Shown piece by piece: positions 9,063 through 18,123 of a stretch of DNA of 64,000 bases. The stretch lies in contig JABWCP010000008.1 of assembly GCA_013360215.1 (NCBI GenBank), positions 62,001 to 126,000 on the forward strand. Direction: 5' to 3'. The stretch's first letter is position 1; the number at the start of each line of letters is the position of its first letter. The notes below the pieces were generated by a model. That model did not search any database and was not told the DNA's origin. It was given only the letters and a program-made list of their open reading frames with translations. The DNA is from a bacterium (GTDB taxonomy: Bacteria; CLD3; SB21). The position numbers and the translations under genes are program-made.

Positions 9063-10105
9063 TGAATATAGATAACGTCAACATACATGATTTTCCCGTC
9101 TCGCTGGCTCCGATGGAAGATGTCACCGACATTGCCTTTCGGATCGTATGCAAAAGGCTCGGCGCCGATATTCTTTATACGGAGTTCACTTCCAGCGAAG
9201 CCTTGATCCGCGATGCCCGCAAGGCTTTACGCAAAATCCAAGTCGCCGACGAGGAACGCCCCGTAGCCATACAGCTTTTCGGCGGATTGGATACGTCTAT
9301 GGAAGGCGCGGCGCGGATTGCTGAAAAAGCCAATCCGGATTTTATAGATATCAACTGCGGCTGCTGGGTCAAAGATGTCGCCATGCGCGGCGCCGGGGCC
9401 GGTCTGCTCAAAGATCTGCCGCGTTTCGAAGCGATCGTACGCTCCACCGTGCGGGGTACGCAACTTCCGGTCACCGTAAAAACCCGGCTGGGCTGGGACA
9501 AAAATACGATCAACATTCTCGATGTCGCACGTATGGTCGAAGACGCAGGCGCAAAGGCGCTGACCGTGCACTGCCGCACACGCGATATGGGGCACGACGG
9601 TTCCGCCGACTGGCATTGGTTGGAAAAAATAAAAAAAGTGATTTCGATTCCTTTATTCGGCAATGGCGATGTCAAAACGCCGCAGGATGCCAAACGTATG
9701 CTGGAGACCGGTTGTGACGGCGTGATGATCGGCCGAGCCGCTATCGTCAATCCGTGGATTTTTCGCGAATCGCGGCACTACATAGATACCGGTGAACTCC
9801 TACCTCCGCCCGATGCCGAAGAACGATTACGGGTCTGTATCGAACATCTGCGCCTGTCGGTGGAGTACAAAGAAGAAAAATACGGTGTGCTGGAATTTCG
9901 TAAATATTACTCCGGCTATCTCAAAGGCCTTCCCTATATCGGCAAACTGCGCGCCGAACTGATGCAGTACACGGCACTGCAACCCATTCTCGATCGCCTC
10001 GCCCAATACGGCGAAGAGATGAAACAATGGCAAGCTTCCGAAGGTCGAGACGCCATGCTTCCGCAACTCGGCGGTCTCATCGGCACGCGGCATGAGACGG
10101 TTTGA
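9062..10105 (+). CDS. dusB: tRNA-dihydrouridine synthase, DusB-like
   Basis: LAPMEDVTD, DINCGC, VTVKTRLGWD, GNGDV and DGVMIGRAA. Confidence 0.9.
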   Translation: MNIDNVNIHDFPVSLAPMEDVTDIAFRIVCKRLGADILYTEFTSSEALIRDARKALRKIQVADEERPVAIQLFGGLDTSMEGAARIAEKANPDFIDINCGCWVKDVAMRGAGAGLLKDLPRFEAIVRSTVRGTQLPVTVKTRLGWDKNTINILDVARMVEDAGAKALTVHCRTRDMGHDGSADWHWLEKIKKVISIPLFGNGDVKTPQDAKRMLETGCDGVMIGRAAIVNPWIFRESRHYIDTGELLPPPDAEERLRVCIEHLRLSVEYKEEKYGVLEFRKYYSGYLKGLPYIGKLRAELMQYTALQPILDRLAQYGEEMKQWQASEGRDAMLPQLGGLIGTRHETV

Positions 10106-10149
10106 GTAAGTATATTTTTTATTGGTAAATTTTCTATCGGATTTACGCG

Positions 10150-10455
10150 ATGAGCACTAAATTTTTTACTAACGAAGAAGAGAACACGCTTCTCACCAAG
10201 CTCGAAGGTGTCTTTCGCCATCGGAATATCTACTATTTTGATGCACTGGTAGGCTTTTTTCGTGCATCGGGCTATTTCAGAATTCGCAAATTCATCGGGA
10301 AAGTATCCAAAATTCGAATATTGGTAGGTATCAACATAGATCGCTTAGTCTTTGAAGCCCACGAAAAAGGATTGGAATTTGGGCAAGATGAGAAACAAGC
10401 ACGCGATGGACTCTTCACCATGAAGGCGGGACTGAGCAATGCAATGGCGTTCTAA
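10150..10455 (+). pseudogene. Truncated N-terminus of a probable PLD-like/helicase defence protein
   Basis: KFFTNEEENTLL...FDALVGFFRASGYF...IRILVGINID resembles the start of much larger PLD-helicase proteins; the frame ends overlapping the convergent island gene. Confidence 0.6.
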
Positions 10456-13007
10456 TTCCTTTCAACCACCGTATCATAGAGTCCGAAATGCGATAAACCT
10501 TCATGACTTTCGATGCCTGTATAACGGAGCGAAGCATCTTCATAGCGACGGAAAGCAAACACGGCTTGATTCATTTGCTCGGTATTGAAAACTTTTAGAC
10601 GCACAAGCAGATGAAAGTCATTCACCGTCAAACCGGTGACCGTCAGAAACAAGTCAGGTTCCAGTTTCGTGATGACATCTTGCAGCGTATTCTCTCGAAA
10701 ATCAGTCAGATACATGAACGCCGGTATGCGCGTGGCGAACTTTATCAATTTTTCCTGCACCAGCTTGCGCTTCGACTTAAACTCCTTCTCTTCTTCGGTG
10801 AGTTGCTTCATCTCCTTTGCCGACAAGTCCTTCTTCTTCGCCTTGTTCTTGAGCGCTTTGATCTTCTCGCTCTTATTAATGATGGTTTCGATGATATTAT
10901 CGCCCAATGCGCGCCAGCCCTCAATTCGTTCAACGGCAGCCATTGCCTCTGCGTTGTCCAGTATGCGGCGGAGAGTGTCATTATCCACGTTGACCAGCAA
11001 TGCGCTTTCCCATTTGCGTGCGAGTAACGTGGCCGAAGTGCCGGCCATCGCAATGTCGAGGATGCCGCCCGCGTCGATCTGTGTCATATTCGCGCCGTCG
11101 TAGGCCAAAACGGGAAGGAACGACACAAGCTCCTTGACGGCGTTCTCCGGATTCGGTTCACCGGGCGAAAGCCCGATGCCGTATTCGGAAAGTTGGCGCA
11201 GCGCACGCGTGGGAGCGAAATCGAAAACGAAACAAACCGGCTTCAAAATTTCCTCCGCGTTCGGGTCGTCACCGTTGGGATTCTTGATGGACCACGGCGA
11301 TTGCACGCGAAACGCCGACTGAAAATAGGTTTCCGGCGACTTCAGGTTTCGGAGCATAAGAATAGACGACCATTGGGGCACCGTGACACCCGTGGTAAGC
11401 TTGCCGCAAGACAATGTGATGGTTTTGGTTTCAAAACCGCTCCCAATAGCCTGTCGCACGGGCGGCAACGCATCAAGCCCGATTCCGGCCGCTGCGCCGG
11501 CAGCTACTATCACATCGTAATCTCGCCAAAACACATTGTGTTTTTCAGCCAGCAGATTTGCCATGGCGTGACATGCCGCAACATCAGGGAGGAACCAGAA
11601 CGAGTGTTGAAGATACGGCAGCAGTCGCACATCCGAATAGGGGAACGGAGGACGAGTACCCGTCTTGAGATGCTCCACGGACTTGGGTATGTACCCGCCG
11701 CGGATGATGTCCAGCCACTTCTGCACATCGCTTTTATGTTTGAACTGTGCCTTCGTACCCGTGCCCGATGCTTCGAAAAACTCATTCAAGTCAAACTCAT
11801 TGAATTCCCCGGCACTAGCAATCGCGACGAGTTCGTCGGGCATCTGATAGGTTAGCAGGCGCATCTGTGGCAATGCGCCATAAGGATTCCACCGGCCGGG
11901 ATTCTTTTTCTCGAATTCTTCTTTCGCGCGCTGCTCGTCCGTGTAGGTCCAGTTGAATATCTGCTCTTCGATGAATTCTCCCGTGGCCAGTGATTTGAAT
12001 GGAGTGCCGGAGAGATAGAGGTAAGCCTTCGTCGTAATAGGAAGAAACTCGCTTTCGTTCTCCAGGCGTTGTTGCAGATCGGCGATCTTTTCTTTCACCT
12101 TATCGGCTACATTTTTTTGTTCTTTTGCGGCTTCGATTTCCTCTCTGGCGATTCTTTCTTCTTCGTCTTCGACAAGTTCTTTGGATGAATCACGCCATGC
12201 ACCGAAATGGTATTCATCGAAAACGACCAAGTCCCATTTGACCTTATGAATCCACTTGTTCTTTGGTTTAATATTTCCCGTGGCTTTATCGCGTCCCAGC
12301 AAGTCTTGCAGTGAACCAAAATAAACGAGTGGCGTGGCTGCAGGAATTTTTGTCGGGTCGTCATCGGAACCACGCATTAGAAATTGCCAACCGTCAAAAT
12401 CAACATGGGATTCGAGGTCCGTTTGCCATGCGTCGGCCACGGCGGGTTTAAAGGTCATCACCAGTACCCGACTGGCCTTGAGTTTCTTCGCAAGCTGATA
12501 GGCTGTAAAGGTTTTGCCGAAACGCATCTTGGCGTTCCACAAGAAACGCGGAGCTGCTTTCTTGTTCTCGGCCCAGATAGAGTTGTAGTAGTCAAAAGTC
12601 TTTTTTACCGCCTCGGATTGCTCCCTGCGCAACGCGAACGTTTCAGCGTGCGTACCGCTGAACTTCTGGCCGGTCCGTAATTCAGCTAGGACGGTTTTCA
12701 GATCCTTGAGCGTGCAACGCATCCATTCCAGTTCGGGATTCGCGAAGCCTTTCCGGACGAGAGCGGCGCGTACCTCATGATCGGTGAATGTCGTGCCGTC
12801 TTCGCGCTCGGCGACCTCATCAAGAACGATTTTGTAGTTCTTGATGTTGGCGGTCTTGAGCTGTTCGGCGACGCGCTGCTTTACGTCGCGCGTGGTCTGG
12901 CCTACCTTGAGCCGTCCCGCATGCGCCTTGTCGTCGATCGTGTAAGCGTAGATGCGCGGCCGTAACTCCGGCTTCGGCGCGAGTATTTCTTCGATGGTCT
13001 TACTCAT
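10452..13007 (-). CDS. GIY-YIG (T5orf172-like) nuclease plus SF2 helicase; restriction (Res-like) subunit
   Basis: IYAY...LKVGQTTRDVKQRV, Walker A AKMRFGKT, DEYH, LSGTP and YFQSAFRVQ. Confidence 0.85.
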   Translation of the reverse strand: MSKTIEEILAPKPELRPRIYAYTIDDKAHAGRLKVGQTTRDVKQRVAEQLKTANIKNYKIVLDEVAEREDGTTFTDHEVRAALVRKGFANPELEWMRCTLKDLKTVLAELRTGQKFSGTHAETFALRREQSEAVKKTFDYYNSIWAENKKAAPRFLWNAKMRFGKTFTAYQLAKKLKASRVLVMTFKPAVADAWQTDLESHVDFDGWQFLMRGSDDDPTKIPAATPLVYFGSLQDLLGRDKATGNIKPKNKWIHKVKWDLVVFDEYHFGAWRDSSKELVEDEEERIAREEIEAAKEQKNVADKVKEKIADLQQRLENESEFLPITTKAYLYLSGTPFKSLATGEFIEEQIFNWTYTDEQRAKEEFEKKNPGRWNPYGALPQMRLLTYQMPDELVAIASAGEFNEFDLNEFFEASGTGTKAQFKHKSDVQKWLDIIRGGYIPKSVEHLKTGTRPPFPYSDVRLLPYLQHSFWFLPDVAACHAMANLLAEKHNVFWRDYDVIVAAGAAAGIGLDALPPVRQAIGSGFETKTITLSCGKLTTGVTVPQWSSILMLRNLKSPETYFQSAFRVQSPWSIKNPNGDDPNAEEILKPVCFVFDFAPTRALRQLSEYGIGLSPGEPNPENAVKELVSFLPVLAYDGANMTQIDAGGILDIAMAGTSATLLARKWESALLVNVDNDTLRRILDNAEAMAAVERIEGWRALGDNIIETIINKSEKIKALKNKAKKKDLSAKEMKQLTEEEKEFKSKRKLVQEKLIKFATRIPAFMYLTDFRENTLQDVITKLEPDLFLTVTGLTVNDFHLLVRLKVFNTEQMNQAVFAFRRYEDASLRYTGIESHEGLSHFGLYDTVVERN

Positions 13008-13845
13008 GCTTCTTCAATCTTTTCGTCGTTTTGCCCGGCGGCAGGAAGTTCTCCCCGGTTACCACGCTCTTGCCCGTCTTTTGTTCGAGTTCGCGACGTG
13101 CCTTCTTGGCGATGCCGCCGCCCTTCCGCCCGGCGTCCGCGTTTTCGCCCATACCGGTCGCCTGCTCGCTCTCGGCGATCTGGCGGGTGGACAGTTCCGC
13201 CAAGGCGGTAAAGATCAACTCCGCTTCGCTCATATGGTCGCGCAGGTTCTGCTGTTTGAGTCCCTTGAGATGCTTGTGCGCTTTGACTGAAACGCCGCTC
13301 CATTCCTGATGAATGATGTTGGTGAGGATTGCGAATTCCTCCTCGCCTTGGATGTCGTGATCCTTCCAGTAGTCGGTGAGCTTGTTGCGCGTCTCCTGAC
13401 CCATCATCCGTTGTTGGATCCACTTCGCACTGCGGCCATGCTTCTGCCAGTACTCGCGGGCGCGGTCAAGGGAACGGGCCGGGTCGCTCATGTCCTGAAT
13501 CCGCTCGTAGCCCACCTTGGCCAGCCACTGCTTGAAAGGCTCGGCTTTGGGTGAAGGGATGGACTGAATCAGGCGAAGCAAGGTTTCCGTGTCGGCCATG
13601 TCGGTCAGGCGCATTTTTCCGTCGACTGACGGCATTTTCAACCCGTTACATTTTGTAACGGTTTCACCCGCACCTTCGTCCTTCAGACGCTTTTTCAGCA
13701 CTCGCCAGTAAACCGCCGGATTCGCGCTCTCCGTCAGCGCCGCCACCACATCCACCACGGAAAAGTACCAGGTTTCAGATTTCTCGTCGAAATACCGACG
13801 AATCGCATGTTTCTCAAACGCCACCAAAGCTTGTCTGCTTTTCAC
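13000..13845 (-). CDS. Bro-N domain DNA-binding protein
   Basis: WYFSVVDVV, YWRVLKKRL, RLIQSIPSPKAEPFKQWLA and NLRDHMS; GTG start at 13845 follows AAGGAG (the ORF track starts at 13869). Confidence 0.88.
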   Translation of the reverse strand: MKSRQALVAFEKHAIRRYFDEKSETWYFSVVDVVAALTESANPAVYWRVLKKRLKDEGAGETVTKCNGLKMPSVDGKMRLTDMADTETLLRLIQSIPSPKAEPFKQWLAKVGYERIQDMSDPARSLDRAREYWQKHGRSAKWIQQRMMGQETRNKLTDYWKDHDIQGEEEFAILTNIIHQEWSGVSVKAHKHLKGLKQQNLRDHMSEAELIFTALAELSTRQIAESEQATGMGENADAGRKGGGIAKKARRELEQKTGKSVVTGENFLPPGKTTKRLKKHE

Positions 13846-13858
13846 AATTACATCTCCT

Positions 13859-14092
13859 TTATGATGCAACAGGCCGTTTCAGTCGGTTACATTTTGTAAC
13901 CGACTCGCTTCCCTCCTTCTTCAACCGGTTCTTCAGCACTTTCCAATAGTTCCTTGCGGCTTGATAGTCCGGCTGCTGAATCAACGCTGCAACAATGTCC
14001 ACCACGGAAAAATACCAGACTTCCGACTTCTCATCGTAAACCCGGCGTATATCATGTCTCTCAAATGCCACCAAAGAGCGTTCATTTTCCAT
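13859..14092 (-). pseudogene. Truncated Bro-N paralogue
   Basis: Aligns with the N-terminus of the adjacent Bro-N protein and stops 5 codons after VTKCNRLK. Confidence 0.8.
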
Positions 14093-14166
14093 AATGACAA
14101 CCTTCTTATTTTACCGGCACTTTCAACCGGTTACAAATTGTTACGGTTGATCTATTTGTTGACTCA

Positions 14167-14253
14167 TCATCCGATCCTTCCCCGTCTGTCTCCATCGATA
14201 CGCGGCCACAGCTCCGGCTTCGGCGCGAGAATTTCTTTGATGGCCTTACTCAT
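14167..14253 (-). pseudogene. Duplicated 5' end of the helicase gene (MSKAIKEILAPKPELWPRI...)
   Basis: 14197-14253 matches 12951-13007 at 50/57 nt; its start overlaps the end of the MTase gene. Confidence 0.85.
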
Positions 14254-15871
14254 CGTCGGAATCGTCGAGGCTCATAGGACGGACAACCTTCTCGATGAAT
14301 GCAATCTCATTAGCCGAGATGCCATATTTTTTGTAGAGTTCCTCGTCCGTCCACTTCTTGGTCCACTTTTGTTTCGGAACAAATGTATAAACTCTGCGTG
14401 TTGTATCTTGCGATGGCTTGTGCAAGAGAATTAGGAAGCGTGTCAGCCGACAGGTAAGGTAGGACAAGACACTCTCGGCTTCAGATTTCGAATCGAACGG
14501 CCCTATAAACATATACGTCCATGAAGATATGCTTCCAGGCTCGCCAAGGAAAGGTGTGCTGACGATCTTGTGAGGATAGGTGTCTTTGTTGCCCGTGCCG
14601 GGTGCAGCACGACCAATAAAAACCTTCCACTTGTCGAAAACGTCACGCTCCTTGGCGATTTCAGATCTTGCGATATATCCGACACCTCCATTCCTGTAAA
14701 CCTTGAGGTCGTTTTTTGACTTTTGATCTTTGCCCCGAAAGGTGCTTTCAAGCCCAAATGCACCGATTGAACTGACCAATTGCATGAACATCTTCGATTC
14801 AGGAAGCTCCAAGGACTTGGTGTTACCTGTTTCCACTGCAGCAACCTTTTTGAGGATTGACAGTCCTTCATTAAATCGGATGAAAACGTCAGCGCCTTTT
14901 TCAAGAAGCGGACGAGTTACTGTCGAGACAGGCCAGTCTTTGAAATGGGTGGAGACTTTGCATGTTCCTGGATTATCGCGATCCCAGAGAAAGTAGCAGA
15001 TGCCGCCCTTGCCCCCCATGCCTCCTTGAAACACTTCAGATGCGCTGAGATAGTCGTCAATTGAGCGCAGGCGATCATCGGTGAGCATCGATTCCCGAAA
15101 CTCATCAAGGCCCATGCCTCCCGAGAACCACCGCGAGGGAATCACAAATGACATGTAGCGTGGTTCGAGCTTTTTGGCTTGAAGAACGAAATCCTGATAG
15201 ATTGGGCGCGCCTGCGTGCCGAATCCATCTGTGTTAAGTTGATACGGCGGATTTCCGATGATTACGTCAAATTGCATATTGCCTCCAAAAATCTCGGCAA
15301 GCCGAGTTTTGATGTTATCGGTGTGAATGAACGCATAAGCGTGAGTTTCAAGTCCTTCCGCCCGGTCGAAGATGGATTTAGGTGCACCGCAAAATTTGCA
15401 CTTGGTTTCATCCCATGTGTGTTCTATTCGCCTGAACCAGATGTTGCCATCCTTGCTAGTGAAGGATTTGACGATGGAGTGTTTACCGTTGGCCTGCTTG
15501 GAGCAATAGACGCTGCGCCGCGCGAGCAGACTGGTGATCCGCGTGATGCCGATGCCGAAAACCTGCCGCGTCAGGATGTGATCCACGCGTTTCTGCAGAT
15601 CGGGAATTTGCGCCTCCAGTCCTTTCGTGAGCCGGCTGGTGATCTCGCGCAGAAATACGCCGGACTTCGTACAGGGATCAAGGAACTTCACTGTCTTGTC
15701 TTCCCAGAGATTCGCTCCCTTGTTATTTGCCGCCCACGCCTCGGCCAGCGTGTCGAGCATCCGGTTGGCGAGTTCAGGCGGTGTGAATACTTCGTCGTTG
15801 GAAAGGTTTGCGATGCATGTCAGTACGTCCGGATTGCGCCCGCGTAAGGTAAAACCCGCTTTGTCACTCAT
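14246..15871 (-). CDS. Eco57I-like N6-adenine DNA methyltransferase with a C-terminal target-recognition region
   Basis: EVFTPP, degenerate motif I FLDPCTKSGVF, FDVIIGNPPY and IPSRWFSGG. Confidence 0.88.
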   Translation of the reverse strand: MSDKAGFTLRGRNPDVLTCIANLSNDEVFTPPELANRMLDTLAEAWAANNKGANLWEDKTVKFLDPCTKSGVFLREITSRLTKGLEAQIPDLQKRVDHILTRQVFGIGITRITSLLARRSVYCSKQANGKHSIVKSFTSKDGNIWFRRIEHTWDETKCKFCGAPKSIFDRAEGLETHAYAFIHTDNIKTRLAEIFGGNMQFDVIIGNPPYQLNTDGFGTQARPIYQDFVLQAKKLEPRYMSFVIPSRWFSGGMGLDEFRESMLTDDRLRSIDDYLSASEVFQGGMGGKGGICYFLWDRDNPGTCKVSTHFKDWPVSTVTRPLLEKGADVFIRFNEGLSILKKVAAVETGNTKSLELPESKMFMQLVSSIGAFGLESTFRGKDQKSKNDLKVYRNGGVGYIARSEIAKERDVFDKWKVFIGRAAPGTGNKDTYPHKIVSTPFLGEPGSISSWTYMFIGPFDSKSEAESVLSYLTCRLTRFLILLHKPSQDTTRRVYTFVPKQKWTKKWTDEELYKKYGISANEIAFIEKVVRPMSLDDSDDE

Positions 15872-16512
15872 ACGGCAATCTCCTGAGCCGTCGCTGCGAG
15901 CTCAACTACAGTCATCGGATGATAAGTTTTGGTCGGCGTAAAAATTTCATGTTTGTCAAGATGAGCGAAAAGAGTACCCTCCGCGCTGAAGGCCGATGAC
16001 TGCGTGAGGCTATCGTAGCGAAAGTCCCGACGTTGGAATTTTCCCTTGCCCAGATAGCCCCATTCTGCAAAGAGGATCGGGGAACCGTCATGCGCACGCA
16101 TTTTCATAGCGTCGCCGTGGACAAGGTTTTGCGAAAGCACGTATGATGCGGCACGATACAGATCGTCCGATGGATCGAGATTCAAGTACTCGGCAAAGAT
16201 ATCCAGCAGGTTCGCGCGGCACTCACTGATGTTGTCCGGCAGAAGTTCAATCCCATAAATGCACATCAGAGCAAGCAACGCGTAGTGTCGTTTTTCAAAA
16301 TCGGACTTCCCGAATTTCAGCTCTACAGCAGCAAGTTTGCGTCGCAGAATCTGAACAAGGAAGTTTCCGCTCCCGCACGCCGGCTCCAAAAAGCGGGAAT
16401 CAATACGCTCGGATTCGTCTTTGACGAGATCGAGCATCGCTTCGACCATCCACGCGGGAGTAAAGACCTCTCCGTGGTCAGCGATACGTTGTTTAGATTT
16501 GGTGAGGTTCAT
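15868..16512 (-). CDS. Small SAM-binding methyltransferase-like subunit lacking NPPY
   Basis: GEVFTP, FLEPACGSGNFL and IYGIEL; no motif IV; 4-nt overlap with the large MTase. Confidence 0.82.
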   Translation of the reverse strand: MNLTKSKQRIADHGEVFTPAWMVEAMLDLVKDESERIDSRFLEPACGSGNFLVQILRRKLAAVELKFGKSDFEKRHYALLALMCIYGIELLPDNISECRANLLDIFAEYLNLDPSDDLYRAASYVLSQNLVHGDAMKMRAHDGSPILFAEWGYLGKGKFQRRDFRYDSLTQSSAFSAEGTLFAHLDKHEIFTPTKTYHPMTVVELAATAQEIAV

Positions 16513-16579
16513 TAAATTTTATCAAAAAATCATTAGTTAAACTAACGACATTAATCACGGAATACAACGGGCTTTTTTT

Positions 16580-16822
16580 TTGGATTTTTCTAATATTACG
16601 TTTGCCTCCATGGCCGCTGCAGACCAGTCGCTAAAAGAAAAACCGTGCCTTAATAAGAACAAGATCGAGATGGATTTTGTAAATATGAATGCCGATGTAA
16701 CCGAAATGCTTAATCGCGTATCAAAGAATACCCAAAAAACAGTATCCGAATTGCGCAATACAGAGATGGATCAACATAAAATGATTTCAGTGCTTAGTCG
16801 GTTGTTTCATAAAACGATTTAA
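16580..16822 (+). CDS. Small hypothetical ORF at the island edge (possible remnant)
   Basis: Open frame only; weak ribbon-helix-helix-like segment LNRVSKNTQKTVSEL. Confidence 0.2.
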   Translation: MDFSNITFASMAAADQSLKEKPCLNKNKIEMDFVNMNADVTEMLNRVSKNTQKTVSELRNTEMDQHKMISVLSRLFHKTI

Positions 16823-17019
16823 ACAGTACGATAAAGATTGGAATCATAACTGTTTTTGCTCTTTTTCTATCCTCATTTAACCCTTGTTGTGAGATTCATC
16901 TCCCAAGATTTATAGTTTCGCCAATCCTCATCATTTTGACGCGCATTCTCGTTGCATTCTTTTTTTTCATAACGTTCAAATCATCGGATCGCGCTGAATG
17001 CGATAGTTTCGTTTTCCCC

Positions 17020-17874
17020 TTACACGTCCGTCGGTACGCTTGATCCGGTACGTGCCGCGCCGACACTTGCCGCTACTACCGCACCGATCGCAATACATTG
17101 GGACAGCGTGAGGTATTCGTCGAGCAGCAAAAAACCGATCACCGCAGCGTACGCAGGTTCCATACTCATCAGTATGCCAAAAACTTTGGGAGGCATACGG
17201 CGTAGTGCTTCGATCTCAAAACTGAACGGAATCACCGAGGACAAAAACGCAACCACTAAAGCAAAAGGCAGTACGGGAATGATATTGAGCCACTGGGGTG
17301 CGTCGGCGATTTTGACGGGTATCAGCACCAAACTGCCTACGCACATCGCGATCGTGAGACCGACAGAGCCCGAAGTCGCACTGCCCAACTTCTCACCGAG
17401 TATGATGTACAAACCCCAGCATGCACCCGCCACCAGGGCCAATACAAAACCGACCGGGTCCACATGCCCGCTAAACGGATTGAGTAAGGCTATACCAAAC
17501 GCGGCCAGCGCCACCCATACGAAGTCCAGCGCCCGGCGACTGTGCCAAAGCGCCACTGCTAAAGGACCGATAAATTCGATAGTGACGCACAAGCCGAGCG
17601 GCAAACGCTCCAGCGATAAATAATAGGTGACGCTCATTGCGACCAGCACGATGCCAAAAACAATACTAACCTGCCACTCGTGACGACGGATCGCTCGAAA
17701 AACCGGACGGACCATAATGAGCAGCATGATGGCAGCTAAGGTGACGCGCCAAAAAACTACCGTGATCGCACCAAATTCCGCAAAAAGGGATTTTGCAAGC
17801 GCGGCGCCCCACTGTACGCTGGTCATTGCACAAATAACCAAAAGAATCGGAGGAAAACGTTGGAGAAGTTTCAT
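17020..17874 (-). CDS. EamA/DMT transporter, RhtA-like amino acid exporter
   Basis: SVQWGAALAKSLF, RLPLGLCVTIEFIGPL and FGILMSMEPA; about 10 TM segments. Confidence 0.88.
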   Translation of the reverse strand: MKLLQRFPPILLVICAMTSVQWGAALAKSLFAEFGAITVVFWRVTLAAIMLLIMVRPVFRAIRRHEWQVSIVFGIVLVAMSVTYYLSLERLPLGLCVTIEFIGPLAVALWHSRRALDFVWVALAAFGIALLNPFSGHVDPVGFVLALVAGACWGLYIILGEKLGSATSGSVGLTIAMCVGSLVLIPVKIADAPQWLNIIPVLPFALVVAFLSSVIPFSFEIEALRRMPPKVFGILMSMEPAYAAVIGFLLLDEYLTLSQCIAIGAVVAASVGAARTGSSVPTDV

Positions 17875-17984
17875 CGTTGTTTATGTTTTAGAGCGTTTGA
17901 TATCTGACGTGTTTCTAAAGCCGTCATACCGGAATCATGCACGATCACATCGTGATCCCATCCGTAAGAGCGAGAAGCCCTGCA

Positions 17985-18013
17985 AGTGTACGTACTCACG
18001 CAACGTTTGTCAA
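17985..18013 (-). promoter_or_regulatory. Sigma70-type promoter for the EamA gene
   Basis: Minus strand TTGACA-17 nt-TACACT, about 110 nt upstream of the ATG. Confidence 0.65.
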
Positions 18014-18123
18014 AGGGAATATTACATGTATAGATTACGGGAATGACGTCCCGATTGAAAAGATACATCTATACCACAGCCGACAGGTTTTACTTTTTCA
18101 ATTCTTAACAAAATTCATCAGCG

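Noticed and set aside
9062-10455. dus gene as the attachment site of an integrative element
   Set aside because: There is no integrase and no duplicated dus fragment at the far end of the island.
13000-14092. Prophage suggested by Bro-N 'antirepressor' genes
   Set aside because: No structural, terminase or replication genes; the context is an R-M-like operon.
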